A stretch of 56,786 bases of DNA from assembly GCA_021163105.1 (NCBI GenBank), contig JAGGXJ010000079.1, positions 1 through 56,786 on the forward strand, written 5' to 3'. Origin of the DNA: Syntrophobacterales bacterium (GTDB taxonomy: Bacteria > Desulfobacterota > Syntrophia > Syntrophales > UBA2210). The notes under the pieces are model-generated. The model worked only from the letters and a program-made list of their open reading frames with translations. It ran no database searches and had not been told where the DNA came from. Position numbers and translations under genes: made by a program. This document shows, piece after piece, positions 8,810 to 18,756 of the stretch. Each line of letters opens with the position of its first letter. The stretch's first letter is position 1.

Positions 8810-8918
8810 GTAGAAAAGCCGCATCTCGCATAAAGAGTTTGTGGCTTTTTATTTGCCTGTTCTCACACAAACTGTGAGAACCGCTTTTATAATAAAAACG
8901 TAGTCAGGAAGGGGAGAG

Positions 8919-10598
8919 ATGGAAAAAACAGGAGCTGAAATACTGCTGCAGGCATTGAAGAACGAGGGGGTAGAGATTATCTTTGGATATCCGGGGGCAA
9001 ACAGCCTGCCTATTCACGACAGTCTGAATGAAAGTCCGATAAAACATTATCTCGTGAGACATGAACAGGCGGCCGCTCATGCCGCGGATGGCTACGCCAG
9101 GGCAACCGGCAAGGTTGGTGTATGCATGGCCACTTCGGGTCCAGGCGCCACCAACCTGGTAACCGGTATCGCAACGGCGTACATGGATTCGACTCCCATG
9201 GTTGTCCTCACAGGGCAGGTAACGACGGAGCTTCTCGGAAGCGACGCCTTTCAGGAAACTGATATAATAGGGATTACCATGCCCATCACAAAACACAGTT
9301 ATCTGATAAGTGATCCGGACGATATAAAAACCACTATAAAACAGGCGTTTGAGATTGCGAGGAGCGGCCGGCCCGGACCTGTCCTTATAGACCTTCCGAG
9401 GGACGTAATGGCTGCAAAGCGTGAACAAAGTGAAGATGAGGATTCCACGGCCACAGTGCCGGAGAAACAGCACCTGGAAAGCAAAAAAGATAAGAAACAA
9501 CTGCAACAAATCGCGAACTATATGAATATGTCCGAAAGACCAGTTATTCTCATCGGTGGAGGCGTGAAACTCTCCCAGGCATGTGAGGAACTTGCTGAAT
9601 TGATTGAAAAGGGAAATATCCCGTTTGTTTCCACAATGATGGGTATTGGTTCGGTATATGCTTCAAACGGGTTCAATCTGGGCTTCATAGGCACACATGG
9701 AAATAAACTGGCTAATCGTATCGTACACGATTCAGATTTTATCCTGACAGTTGGCGCTCGCTTCAGTGATCGCAGTACATCGATCGTGAAAGAATTCGCC
9801 CCGCTTGCCACCATTGCCCAGATAGATATAGATCCATCCTCCATCAGCAAGGTCATAAAAGCGGATATATCCCTGGTGTGTGATATTTGCGAAGCCCTTG
9901 CAAAATTGACTCCACTCGTGGAAAGCAAAGAGAGGAGTGGGTGGTTAGGCAGGATAGAGAAAGAAAGAAAGGCCCTGGGCAAGGACAGAGCAATGAAAGA
10001 ATGTGGACCGGCAGGCGCCTTTATCAGAGATGTGCAGACGGCTATGCCGGATGAGACTGTAGCTATTACAGATGTGGGACTGAACCAGATATGGACAGTC
10101 CGATCCTGGGAAACAAAAACTCCCCGCGGCATGATTACACCGGGCGGATTGGGTACGATGGGATTTGGTCTTCCCGCGGCGATGGGTGTAAAGGTCGGGA
10201 TGCCGGACTACGGTGTGGTCGTTTTTTCGGGAGACGGTGGATTCTTTATGAACATACAGGAGCTTGCGACGATAAGTTATTACAACCTGCCTGTCAAGAT
10301 AGTGGTCTTTAACAACGGCCATCTCGGCATGATACGCCAGATACAAGACCTGTTCTATAATGCCCGTTTCAATGATATAGAACTGGGCAACAAGGTTGAT
10401 ATAGTTGCTGTGGCCAATGGCTTCGGCATTCAGGCCGACAGGATCTCTGTTGAGGATTCCGGGGTGGGCATAGAAAAGATGTGCGCCAGCGACGGACCCT
10501 TCCTGCTGGAAGTGCTTGTTGATCCTGATACGTATGTCTTTCCTATCATACCGCCGGGACGATCGAACATAGATATGATAGGTGGAAGACAGGGGTAG
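8919..10598 (+). CDS. ilvB: acetolactate synthase large (catalytic) subunit
   Basis: 559 aa ThDP enzyme. N-terminal GAEILLQALKNEGVEIIFGYPG, ThDP-binding GDGGFFMNIQELAT, followed by the small subunit gene. Confidence 0.9.
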   Translation: MEKTGAEILLQALKNEGVEIIFGYPGANSLPIHDSLNESPIKHYLVRHEQAAAHAADGYARATGKVGVCMATSGPGATNLVTGIATAYMDSTPMVVLTGQVTTELLGSDAFQETDIIGITMPITKHSYLISDPDDIKTTIKQAFEIARSGRPGPVLIDLPRDVMAAKREQSEDEDSTATVPEKQHLESKKDKKQLQQIANYMNMSERPVILIGGGVKLSQACEELAELIEKGNIPFVSTMMGIGSVYASNGFNLGFIGTHGNKLANRIVHDSDFILTVGARFSDRSTSIVKEFAPLATIAQIDIDPSSISKVIKADISLVCDICEALAKLTPLVESKERSGWLGRIEKERKALGKDRAMKECGPAGAFIRDVQTAMPDETVAITDVGLNQIWTVRSWETKTPRGMITPGGLGTMGFGLPAAMGVKVGMPDYGVVVFSGDGGFFMNIQELATISYYNLPVKIVVFNNGHLGMIRQIQDLFYNARFNDIELGNKVDIVAVANGFGIQADRISVEDSGVGIEKMCASDGPFLLEVLVDPDTYVFPIIPPGRSNIDMIGGRQG

Positions 10599-10693
10599 GT
10601 TGCCTGAGGGCAAAGAATTGAACTGAGCAACAAGCACATTCCCCGCTACTTGCGGCGGGGAGCTTCAAGATTGATATGAAAGGATAGTAAAAA

Positions 10694-11188
10694 ATGGAGA
10701 TGAGAGAACGTATAATTGCGATACTTGTTAACAACAAACCGGGTGTATTGTCCAGGGTTACCGGTGTCTTCGGAAGACTTGGCTATAATATAGAGAGTCT
10801 CTGCGTGGCGGAGACAATTTCGCCTGAAGTTTCAAGAATAACGTCAATCACCAACGCGGATTCGGATTTTATCGAAAAGGTAAAAAAACAGTTGAGCAGG
10901 CTGGTCGATGTCCTGGATGTTATCGAGTTGGTCCCGGGCCAATCCGCGCAGAGGGAAATGATTCTTATAGGAATCGATTTGGATCAGAAAAACAGGCCGG
11001 AGGTAATACAGTGTGTAGGTATGTTTGACTGCAAGATTATTTCCATGCGTAATGATTACTGTATTATCCAGGCTGCGGGAAGCAGGGAAGAGATGGGAAC
11101 AATCATCAATCTCCTCAAACCCCTTGGTATTGATAAGATCGCAAGGACCGGCGTGGTCGCCTTGCAGCAGAAAGATAGCGAATTTTAA
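10694..11188 (+). CDS. ilvN: acetolactate synthase small (regulatory) subunit
   Basis: 164 aa. ACT domain start ILVNNKPGVLSRVTGVFGRLGYNIESL, plus the C-terminal AHAS small-subunit domain. Confidence 0.9.
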   Translation: MEMRERIIAILVNNKPGVLSRVTGVFGRLGYNIESLCVAETISPEVSRITSITNADSDFIEKVKKQLSRLVDVLDVIELVPGQSAQREMILIGIDLDQKNRPEVIQCVGMFDCKIISMRNDYCIIQAAGSREEMGTIINLLKPLGIDKIARTGVVALQQKDSEF

Positions 11189-11217
11189 TCAGCACGCTGT
11201 CTAAAAACACTCTTTTG

Positions 11218-11252
11218 CTGAGAGCAGCCGTAAATTTCCCGGCTGCTCTCAG
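11218..11252 (+). terminator. perfect 13-bp stem hairpin 30 nt after the ilvN stop (possible terminator without U-tract)
   Basis: CTGAGAGCAGCCG (11218-11230) and CGGCTGCTCTCAG (11240-11252) are exact complements with a 9-nt loop. No T-run follows on either strand. Confidence 0.4.
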
Positions 11253-11607
11253 TACCAAGACCACGAATAAATATATAAACAATTTTGATGAAGCTTTGAA
11301 GCTCACTCCGGATAATGCCCGGGAGAATGAATTTCAGTGGGCAGTAAGATTGACCGGAGATTTTTAAATGACGCCCCCATCTTAACATCATCAGCATCAA
11401 CATATGGTGCAACTGGCTAGGGCTGTGCCTTTCATCAATCCCCCGCGGAATACGATGAGCCGACTTGATCCAAATAACGGATGAAGTCGGTCCCGCAAAT
11501 CCGGACAGGTTGCTTGTCTCTGACATTTCCCGGTTAAAGTGTTGCCTGTTTACGGTAAATTGTGTTATTAAGATGAGTTAATAAATTTAAGGATATATAC
11601 TCAGGAG

Positions 11608-14403
11608 ATGGAAATGGATTACAAAAACACACTGAATCTGCCAAAGACCGGTTTCTCAATGAAGGCGAATCTGGCCCGGAAGGAGCCGGAACTGCTTGAA
11701 AAATGGGCAGAGATGGATATCTATGGAAAAATAAGAACGGTGTCAAAGGGACGGGGAAAATATATCCTCCATGACGGCCCTCCCTATGCTAACGGGGACA
11801 TACATCTTGGTACGGCGCTAAACAAAGTCATAAAGGATATTGTAATAAAGTCAAAGAATATGGTTGGTTTTGACTGTGTATATGTCCCGGGATGGGACTG
11901 TCACGGCCTTCCCATAGAACATCAGGTGGATCAGGAACTGGGCGAGAAACAGCATACCATGCCACAGGCGGAAAAGAGAAGACTCTGCCGCAGCTACGCC
12001 AACGGATTCGTTGACATTCAGAGAAAACAGTTCAAGCGGTTTGGCGTGTTTGGTGAATGGGACAACCCCTACATAACTATGGACTATGATTATGAGGCTA
12101 CAACAATTGAGGAGTTCGGTAAACTTCTCCTGAGCGGTGATGTTTACAAGGGGAAAAAACCGGTCTACTGGTGTGCCTCGTGTAAGACGGCTCTCGCCGA
12201 GGCGGAGGTGGAATATGCCGATCATATGACGCCTTCCATATATGTAAAATTCCCGATGACGTCTGACATATCCGGCGTGCTTCCCAGCCTTTCCGGCGAG
12301 AAGATCAGTGTGGTCATCTGGACGACTACGCCTTGGACAATTCCCGCCAATCTTGCCATCGCTCTGCATGAAGATTTTGATTATGTGGCGGTCAAGGTCG
12401 AGGGAGAAGTGTTGATCTTCGCGAAAGACCTGCAGGACTACTGTCTGGATGCCTTTGGCTTCAAAGGAAAGGAATATGAAGTCCTGGATGAGTTTAAAGG
12501 CAGCGTTATAGAGGGATTAAAATGCAGGCACCCCTTTATCGAACGTGACAGCGTACTGATACTTGCACCCTTCGTGACCCTGGAGGCCGGAACGGGATGT
12601 GTCCATATCGCCCCGGGCCATGGGCAGGAAGACTATGAGATAGGTCTTGAATATGGATTGGATGTCTATGCGCCGGTAGATGATGACGGCAGGTTTACTC
12701 CCGATGTAGATTTTTTTGCCGGCCAGTTTGTGTTTGACGCGAATGATGCGGTGAATAAAAAGCTGAGAGAAGTAGGAGCGCTTCTGGGTACTATGGATAT
12801 AGAGCACCAGTATCCGCACTGCTGGAGGTGTAAAAATCCCATTATCTTCAGGTCAACGGAGCAGTGGTTTATTTCGATGGAGAGAAATGGTCTGCGTGAG
12901 AAGGCGCTCAAGGCCATCGACAGCGTTGACTGGTTTCCTTCATGGGGACGCGACCGCATATACGGGATGATAGAAAACAGGCCCGACTGGTGCATATCGC
13001 GACAGCGTTCATGGGGAGTTCCCATTACGGTATTCTACTGCGAGAATTGCGGGAACTATCTGGCCACTAAAGAAATCCTGGATCATGTTGCCGCCCTGGT
13101 CAGAGAACATGGCACTGATATATGGTTCGAGAGAGACGCAAACGATCTCCTTCCCGACGGGGTTGTATGCCCGACCTGTGGTGGAACAGATTTCAAGAAG
13201 GAGACTAATATCCTTGACGTCTGGTTTGATTCCGGGGTGAGTCACGCGGCAGTGCTTGAAAAGAGGGATGATCTCGGATCGCCCTGTGACATGTACCTGG
13301 AGGGGAGTGACCAGCACAGGGGATGGTTCCATTCCTCCCTTCTGGAGTCAGTAGGAACTCGGGGCAGAGCGCCCTATAAGAACGTGCTCACTCATGGTTT
13401 TGTAGTGGATGGAGAGGGCAAGAAGATGTCCAAGTCACTGGGCAACTTTATAGATCCCCAGAAGATGGTTGATCAATATGGGGCGGAGATACTGCGTCTG
13501 TGGGTTGCCGCTGAGGATTACACCGCCGATATCAGAATATCCGATGAGATACTGAAACGTCTCGTTGAGGCATACAGGCGAATTCGTAATACGAGCAGAT
13601 ATATACTAGGCAACCTGTATGATTTTGATTGTAAGAAGGATATGGTTTCCGTGGAAGATATGGAGGAGATAGACAGGTGGGCGCTCTACCGCCTCCAGGA
13701 AATCATCCAGAGGGTGAGGAACGCGTATGAAAGCTACCAGTTCCATGCTGTTTACTACACACTGTACAATTTCTGCAGTGTCGATCTCAGCGCCCTCTAT
13801 CTGGATGTCCTGAAAGACAGGCTTTATACCTCAAAGGCCAGGGCAAGAGAAAGAAGATCCGCGCAGAGCGCGATGTATATCATCCTTGATGCCATGACAA
13901 GGCTCCTGGCGCCGGTGCTTGTCTTTACATCCGAGGAAATATGGTCGAATATGCCCGATTATGACGGTAAAGAAGAAAGTATTCATATGACACAGTTTCC
14001 GGAGATAAATCCTCAATATCTTGATGAAGATCTCGGTAAAAAATGGGAGACGCTTATCGCCGTCAAAGGAGAAATCTCAAAGGCCATAGAGATAGCCAGG
14101 CAGAAAAAGGTGGTTGGCCATTCCCTTGACAGTTGTGTGAATATTCATGCTCCGGAGGAACTGCAGGCATTTCTGGAGGGTTATCTCGATAATATGAAGG
14201 CACTCCTTATTGTGTCCCAGGTAAATCTTGTTCCGGCGGACAAAATTTCCGACCCTTACGAAAGCACGGAGTTTGAAGGTCTGAAGATAGAAGTTTCCAA
14301 GGCGCTGGGATCAAAGTGCGAAAGGTGCTGGAACTACAGTGAGACTGTAGGCAAAAATGCCAATCATCCAACCATTTGCGCGAAGTGTGTGGAGAACCTG
14401 TAG
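11608..14403 (+). CDS. ileS: isoleucine--tRNA ligase
   Basis: 931 aa. HIGH-type motif [17 protein letters not shown] present, C-terminal zinc-finger CERCWNY...CAKC. Confidence 0.95.
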   Translation: MEMDYKNTLNLPKTGFSMKANLARKEPELLEKWAEMDIYGKIRTVSKGRGKYILHDGPPYANGDIHLGTALNKVIKDIVIKSKNMVGFDCVYVPGWDCHGLPIEHQVDQELGEKQHTMPQAEKRRLCRSYANGFVDIQRKQFKRFGVFGEWDNPYITMDYDYEATTIEEFGKLLLSGDVYKGKKPVYWCASCKTALAEAEVEYADHMTPSIYVKFPMTSDISGVLPSLSGEKISVVIWTTTPWTIPANLAIALHEDFDYVAVKVEGEVLIFAKDLQDYCLDAFGFKGKEYEVLDEFKGSVIEGLKCRHPFIERDSVLILAPFVTLEAGTGCVHIAPGHGQEDYEIGLEYGLDVYAPVDDDGRFTPDVDFFAGQFVFDANDAVNKKLREVGALLGTMDIEHQYPHCWRCKNPIIFRSTEQWFISMERNGLREKALKAIDSVDWFPSWGRDRIYGMIENRPDWCISRQRSWGVPITVFYCENCGNYLATKEILDHVAALVREHGTDIWFERDANDLLPDGVVCPTCGGTDFKKETNILDVWFDSGVSHAAVLEKRDDLGSPCDMYLEGSDQHRGWFHSSLLESVGTRGRAPYKNVLTHGFVVDGEGKKMSKSLGNFIDPQKMVDQYGAEILRLWVAAEDYTADIRISDEILKRLVEAYRRIRNTSRYILGNLYDFDCKKDMVSVEDMEEIDRWALYRLQEIIQRVRNAYESYQFHAVYYTLYNFCSVDLSALYLDVLKDRLYTSKARARERRSAQSAMYIILDAMTRLLAPVLVFTSEEIWSNMPDYDGKEESIHMTQFPEINPQYLDEDLGKKWETLIAVKGEISKAIEIARQKKVVGHSLDSCVNIHAPEELQAFLEGYLDNMKALLIVSQVNLVPADKISDPYESTEFEGLKIEVSKALGSKCERCWNYSETVGKNANHPTICAKCVENL

Positions 14404-14908
14404 GGGGCACAGACCTTTGAATAAGAAACATGGCGTTTTTTTTATAACACTGCTGCTGGTCATTGGCCTGGATCAAATTTCCAAAATATACATAAGTTCT
14501 GTGATGTCTCTTCATGCCTCGTATCCGGTGATCGACGGCTTCTTCAACATCACCTATGTGCGAAATCCGGGAGCTGCCTTCGGGCTCTTTGCAAATGCAT
14601 CCCCCATGTTTCGCTCTCTGTTCCTGATAGTCGTGTCGGCAGCGGCTATATTAATGATTCTGTGGTTTCTCGCGAAAAATAAGTCAGCCGGGATGCTACT
14701 TACATTTGCCCTTTCGCTGATATTAGGTGGGGCCGCCGGAAATTTATTAGACAGGATACGATTCGGAGATGTTGTGGACTTTTTCGATCTTTACATAGGG
14801 TCCTGTCACTGGCCCGCCTTCAATATAGCCGACTCGGCTATATCGGTCGGAGCCATGTTGCTTGTTGTGGAGATGTTCGTAAGAAAGTCCGGATCACTTC
14901 GGCAGTAG
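14357..14908 (+). CDS. lspA: lipoprotein signal peptidase II
   Basis: Motifs NPGAAFG and [11 protein letters not shown], in the classic ileS-lspA linkage. The longest ORF overlaps ileS by 47 nt. The in-frame TTG at 14417 ([15 protein letters not shown]...) is a more plausible start. Confidence 0.9.
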   Translation: MPIIQPFARSVWRTCRGHRPLNKKHGVFFITLLLVIGLDQISKIYISSVMSLHASYPVIDGFFNITYVRNPGAAFGLFANASPMFRSLFLIVVSAAAILMILWFLAKNKSAGMLLTFALSLILGGAAGNLLDRIRFGDVVDFFDLYIGSCHWPAFNIADSAISVGAMLLVVEMFVRKSGSLRQ

Positions 14909-15355
14909 AACAACCACCTTCAGATATTGTTTCCCCCATTCAAGGGCGTCGTCGCGGTCGGAAAAGAATATGTCTATGTGATTCCCCTTTATGGCGCTTC
15001 CCGTATCATGTACCTCGCCCCAACCATAGCCCGGCACATACATCTTGGCGCCAAAGGGATACAACCTGGTATCTGCCGCGATAGTTCCATGCTTTGCCTC
15101 TGTTCCGTCGGCGGTGATACCAACCTGTTTCCTTTTACCCTTGAGAGGGCCATAGGCGTAGACCGGGGGCCCGATACACCAGTATTCCCTCTCCCAGCCG
15201 CACGATTCGGGGCCGGCATCGTAGGCCGTCACAACCATCTTCCGAACCACTCTTTTATATTCTTTGCTCTTTGGAAAGAAACAGCAGCCATAGAGAAAAA
15301 AAATTATTACAACGGGGAGAAGACAGAAACAGATTTTCGCTTGTAATCTGGTCAT
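14894..15355 (-). CDS. 3D-domain (MltA-like DPBB) lipoprotein
   Basis: 153 aa. Lipobox-like FLYGC. C-terminal GITADGT...AADTRLYPFGAKMYVPGYGWGEVHDTGSAIKGNHIDIFF matches the 3D (Asp-Asp-Asp) domain pattern. Confidence 0.75.
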   Translation of the reverse strand: MTRLQAKICFCLLPVVIIFFLYGCCFFPKSKEYKRVVRKMVVTAYDAGPESCGWEREYWCIGPPVYAYGPLKGKRKQVGITADGTEAKHGTIAADTRLYPFGAKMYVPGYGWGEVHDTGSAIKGNHIDIFFSDRDDALEWGKQYLKVVVLLPK

Positions 15356-15390
15356 ATTGGATACCTTTTACCGGACATTCAACTTCTTGT

Positions 15391-15436
15391 GATTTCTCAC
15401 TCGACCCCTTGAATCCTCGAATCCTTGAGCCCTCAA
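15391..15436 (-). repeat. REP-like intergenic repeat built of tandem octamers (GGCTCAAG GATTCGAG GATTCAAG GGGTCGAG TGAGAAAT on the minus strand)
   Basis: The reverse complement aligns at roughly 80% identity to 30112-30150 and partly to 30258-30290. Located between the dctM stop and the 3D-domain gene start. Confidence 0.6.
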
Positions 15437-15438
15437 AT

Positions 15439-16740
15439 TTATCCCATTAGACCCGGAAGAAAAAGGGCGATCTGGGGAAAGGGAATGAGGAGAAGCGTGC
15501 CTATTATCAGCGCTGCAAGAAAGGGGATCACTCCCTTGAAAATGACCTCAAGCGGGACGTCTCTGGCCACACCGCTTACCACGTAAACGTTTATCCCTAC
15601 AGGTGGAGTGATCACGCCGATCTGGGTCACCAATACTATTACGACACCAAACCATATCGGATCATAGCCCAGGAATAGCACCACCGGGTAAAAAATGGGT
15701 ATTGTCAGCATGATGAGCGCCAGCGCATCTATGACACATCCCCCCACCAGATACACCATGATAATAATCAGCATGACGGCATAACGCGGCAACTGTATTT
15801 CCGATACTCCCCTTGCGATGTCGAATGGGATCCTGGTTACCGCAAGAAAGTGTCCAAATATGGTGGCTCCCGCGACAATTACGAGGATCATGCAGGATAT
15901 TCTTGTCGTTTCAGAGAGGGATGCTATAAATCCTTTCATGGTGAGATTGCGGCCTGCAAGTGCCAGAAGAAGTGTACCAAAGGCACCGATTGCTCCGGCC
16001 TCCGTGGGAGTAAAAAACCCCCAGAATAGACCGCCCATTATCAGCAGGAACAGGAGCAGGGTTTCGATAAGGCCTGAAAGCGATGCCAGTTTTTCTCTGA
16101 GAGGAGCTTTTGGCCCTTTCGGTCCCAGTTCCGGTCGTATGTGTGTCCATATGACAATAGCAAGAACAAAAAGGAGGGCAAGGATAATACCGGGTAATAG
16201 ACCAGCCATAAAGAGCCTTCCTATGGATTGTTCTGTAAGTATCCCGTAGACAATGAATATTACACTCGGAGGAATCAGGATACCCAAGCCCCCGCCTGCG
16301 GCGACCACCCCGGTGGCAAGCTCCGGTTTATAATTGTATCTTTTCATTTCCGGGAGGGCTGCCGCGCCCATGGTTGCGGCTGTCGCATTTGTGGAACCGC
16401 AGATGGCCGCAAAGGCCGCGCATGCCCCGATGGTTGCAATGGCAAGTCCCCCGGGCCAATGACCGATAAATTTATAGGCTGCGTTAAATAATCTTTTACT
16501 TATTCCGGAATGATACGCAAGCTGTCCCATCAGCACAAAGAGGGGTATCACTGTCAGGTTATAAGATCCAAAGACGGAGAAGAGGTCTTTCGCGATCATG
16601 TTCATGGATGCGTCGAAAGAAACAATACAGCCAAAACCTAAAAAGCCCACCGCCGCCATGACGAAGCCGACAGGTATTCTCAGAAATATCAGTACAAAAA
16701 GAGCGGCAATACCGATAAGGCCTATTGCTGTAGGGCTCAC
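15439..16740 (-). CDS. dctM: TRAP transporter large permease subunit
   Basis: 433 aa polytopic membrane protein with 4-nt overlap to the DctQ-like gene. Typical DctM composition and length. Confidence 0.9.
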   Translation of the reverse strand: MSPTAIGLIGIAALFVLIFLRIPVGFVMAAVGFLGFGCIVSFDASMNMIAKDLFSVFGSYNLTVIPLFVLMGQLAYHSGISKRLFNAAYKFIGHWPGGLAIATIGACAAFAAICGSTNATAATMGAAALPEMKRYNYKPELATGVVAAGGGLGILIPPSVIFIVYGILTEQSIGRLFMAGLLPGIILALLFVLAIVIWTHIRPELGPKGPKAPLREKLASLSGLIETLLLFLLIMGGLFWGFFTPTEAGAIGAFGTLLLALAGRNLTMKGFIASLSETTRISCMILVIVAGATIFGHFLAVTRIPFDIARGVSEIQLPRYAVMLIIIMVYLVGGCVIDALALIMLTIPIFYPVVLFLGYDPIWFGVVIVLVTQIGVITPPVGINVYVVSGVARDVPLEVIFKGVIPFLAALIIGTLLLIPFPQIALFLPGLMG

Positions 16741-17219
16741 CCTTTAATCCTCTTTAATGATTTGTAGAAGTCCGCTGCAAGAATAAGAGACACGAGAAGG
16801 CAGCCAATCGTTATACTGAAAACGAACGGATATACAGGCATTTCGATAGTGAGAGAAACTTCGCTGGTATGTTTCAGATCCAAGGCATATAAGGCGCTTT
16901 GCCACGTTATCATTCCGAACAGTAAGGCGCTGAAGAATTCTCCGGCTGCGGCAACAATAAGTTGCGCCTTCTTTGGCATCTTGTTAGTCAAAAACTCCAC
17001 CATTATATGACCCCTTTTTGCCGTGGTATAAGCCAGGGCGAAGGAAACACCAACGGTTCCCATAAGGCCCACAACTTCATACGTTCCGGGAATAGGGTGG
17101 CGGAAAAGACGCAGTAACACGTCGGCGCATGTGAGCAGCATCATGATCATGATGGCACCCGCAGCCAGCCAGTTGAACGCGCTGCTGAAATTATAGAGCT
17201 GTTTTTCCAGACGTAACAT
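16737..17219 (-). CDS. dctQ: TRAP transporter small permease subunit
   Basis: 160 aa, 4 predicted TM helices, positioned between DctP-like and DctM-like genes. Confidence 0.85.
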   Translation of the reverse strand: MLRLEKQLYNFSSAFNWLAAGAIMIMMLLTCADVLLRLFRHPIPGTYEVVGLMGTVGVSFALAYTTAKRGHIMVEFLTNKMPKKAQLIVAAAGEFFSALLFGMITWQSALYALDLKHTSEVSLTIEMPVYPFVFSITIGCLLVSLILAADFYKSLKRIKG

Positions 17220-17306
17220 ATAGTTTTGAGTTGCGGGCTTCGGGGTTAAACGTCTGATTTCATGGCAAACGCTAATCCCCTATTCCCGGCCCCGATTTTT
17301 TGTTTT

Positions 17307-18323
17307 TTACTTGCTGTATTTGTCTATGAGTTCTTTTACCAGCGCCACGGCTTTCTTTCCCGGCAACCCTTTTTCTTCGGTGGCACTTATATAGTCTTCA
17401 ATAACAGGATTTACCGCCTCTGCCCATCGCCTGTTTTCCTCTTCAGAGAGTGCAATGATCTCGTTGCCCTTGCTTAAGGTATACGCGCGTCCTTCATCAT
17501 CACCTTTGTCCCAGGCTTCTCCGTGTACGTCGACCCATTCCGCACTTACCTCTTCAATCATTTTCCGGAGATCCTTTGACAGGGCGTTCCATTTTTTGAG
17601 ATTCATCACTACAAACATGGAGGTAGTATAGCCGACGCCGGGGCATTCTGTCGTGCATTTGACGACTTCCGCCTGTCTCCATCCCTTAAGAGTCTCTATG
17701 GGTGTAAAGGTACCTTCAACTACGCCCTTTTGCAGGGCCTCGTATGTGGCCCCCTGGGGCATTGCGACGGGCACTCCGCCGAGGGCCTTTACGACCTTGG
17801 CGCTCAACCCTGTCGAACGTATCTTCATTCCTTTCATATCTTCCAATGTTCTAACGGGTTTCTTTGTGTGCAGCAATCCAGGACCATGACCATGTATATA
17901 AAGAACTTTGACATCATCAAGTTCCTTCGGCGACATACTCTTGTAAAATTCAGTGGCTACACGGGTAGCCACTTTACCGTTGGGATAACCATGAGGAAGA
18001 TCAACGGCTGCCATGACCGGGAAACGTCCCCGTGTGTAAGCGAAGCAGGACATCCCTATATCCGATATCCCCTTTACAACACCGTCGTAACACTGATTTG
18101 CCTTCGTCAGGGTTCCCCCCGGAAAGACGGTGATCTTTATTCTTCCGTCGGAACGTTTTTCTATCTCCTTGGCCCATGACACGCCCGCTTTACACTGGCT
18201 GTGGGCGGGTGGAAAAAATATGCTGTAAGTCAGTTCCGTTGTTTTTTCTTTTTTCTGGCAACCTGTTGTCACTAAAAATGCCGCCATCCCTATCATCAAA
18301 ATTATCAGAAGATTTTTTTTCAT
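17307..18323 (-). CDS. dctP: TRAP transporter substrate-binding protein (DctP family, lipoprotein)
   Basis: 338 aa. Signal peptide with lipobox VTTGC, and DctP-like core (FPGGTL..., MKIRSTG..., ALQKGVVEG). Confidence 0.9.
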   Translation of the reverse strand: MKKNLLIILMIGMAAFLVTTGCQKKEKTTELTYSIFFPPAHSQCKAGVSWAKEIEKRSDGRIKITVFPGGTLTKANQCYDGVVKGISDIGMSCFAYTRGRFPVMAAVDLPHGYPNGKVATRVATEFYKSMSPKELDDVKVLYIHGHGPGLLHTKKPVRTLEDMKGMKIRSTGLSAKVVKALGGVPVAMPQGATYEALQKGVVEGTFTPIETLKGWRQAEVVKCTTECPGVGYTTSMFVVMNLKKWNALSKDLRKMIEEVSAEWVDVHGEAWDKGDDEGRAYTLSKGNEIIALSEEENRRWAEAVNPVIEDYISATEEKGLPGKKAVALVKELIDKYSK

Positions 18324-18756
18324 AGACTTTTCCCTCTCAAATACTATTTTGCCCTAAACTTTGCTCCCTTCATGGGTAGCAAAACAACACCTGTGGTAAA
18401 TGTAGATACGCAACAGAAAATACAAATCTGGATGGCCTGCTTTCCTGCCCGGTCAAGGGCAAAAAGCAGGCATTAATACATATAGTTCTTGCGGCAGAAA
18501 ATGGTTGGCGGGAAAATTGAAGTTTTATTATCCATAACTTTTATCCGGTTTTAAAAACGTAACTGATTTCCTCCAACTTGTCAAATATTATTTGCAACCT
18601 CTGAAAGAATGTAACTTTTATGATAACTCGGATTTACAGAATCATCAATGAGCCGATCCCGACTACCCGGACACTGTACCACGATATACATCTTCACATA
18701 GAAACAAAAAATCTGATATTTTAACCCAGGCAGTTTTATTTTCCTAAACAGTTATA

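Noticed and set aside
8567-8824. 85-aa minus-strand ORF (…TTTSTSTLTKT…) between mrcA and ilvB
   Set aside because: It is the antisense shadow of the Val/Leu leader ORF and terminator. The repetitive T/S run is the complement of GTA/GTT codons.
11372-11430. Ile-rich reading frame (…HLNIISINIW…) about 200 nt upstream of ileS that could have been an Ile leader peptide
   Set aside because: The frame opens just after an in-frame TGA (11369-11371) and has no ATG, GTG or TTG before the Ile codons. The nearby ATG at 11368 encodes only MTPPS*. No terminator/antiterminator pair follows.
11185-11526. 113-aa minus-strand ORF between ilvN and ileS
   Set aside because: No RBS, no recognisable motifs, and low-complexity oddities (HHMLMLMML). 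It overlaps hairpins and a probable pseudogene fragment on the other strand.
11189-11607. Possible T-box riboswitch upstream of ileS
   Set aside because: I could not find the conserved T-box sequence (AANNNGGGTGGTACCGCG-like) or a specifier-loop arrangement on reading the region.
18528-18549. DnaA-box-like TTATCCATA / TTATCCGGT motifs, raising the possibility of oriC
   Set aside because: There are only two imperfect boxes and no adjacent dnaA, dnaN or DUE-like 13-mers. TTATCC occurs elsewhere in the window by chance. Gene orientation around the site does not diverge.
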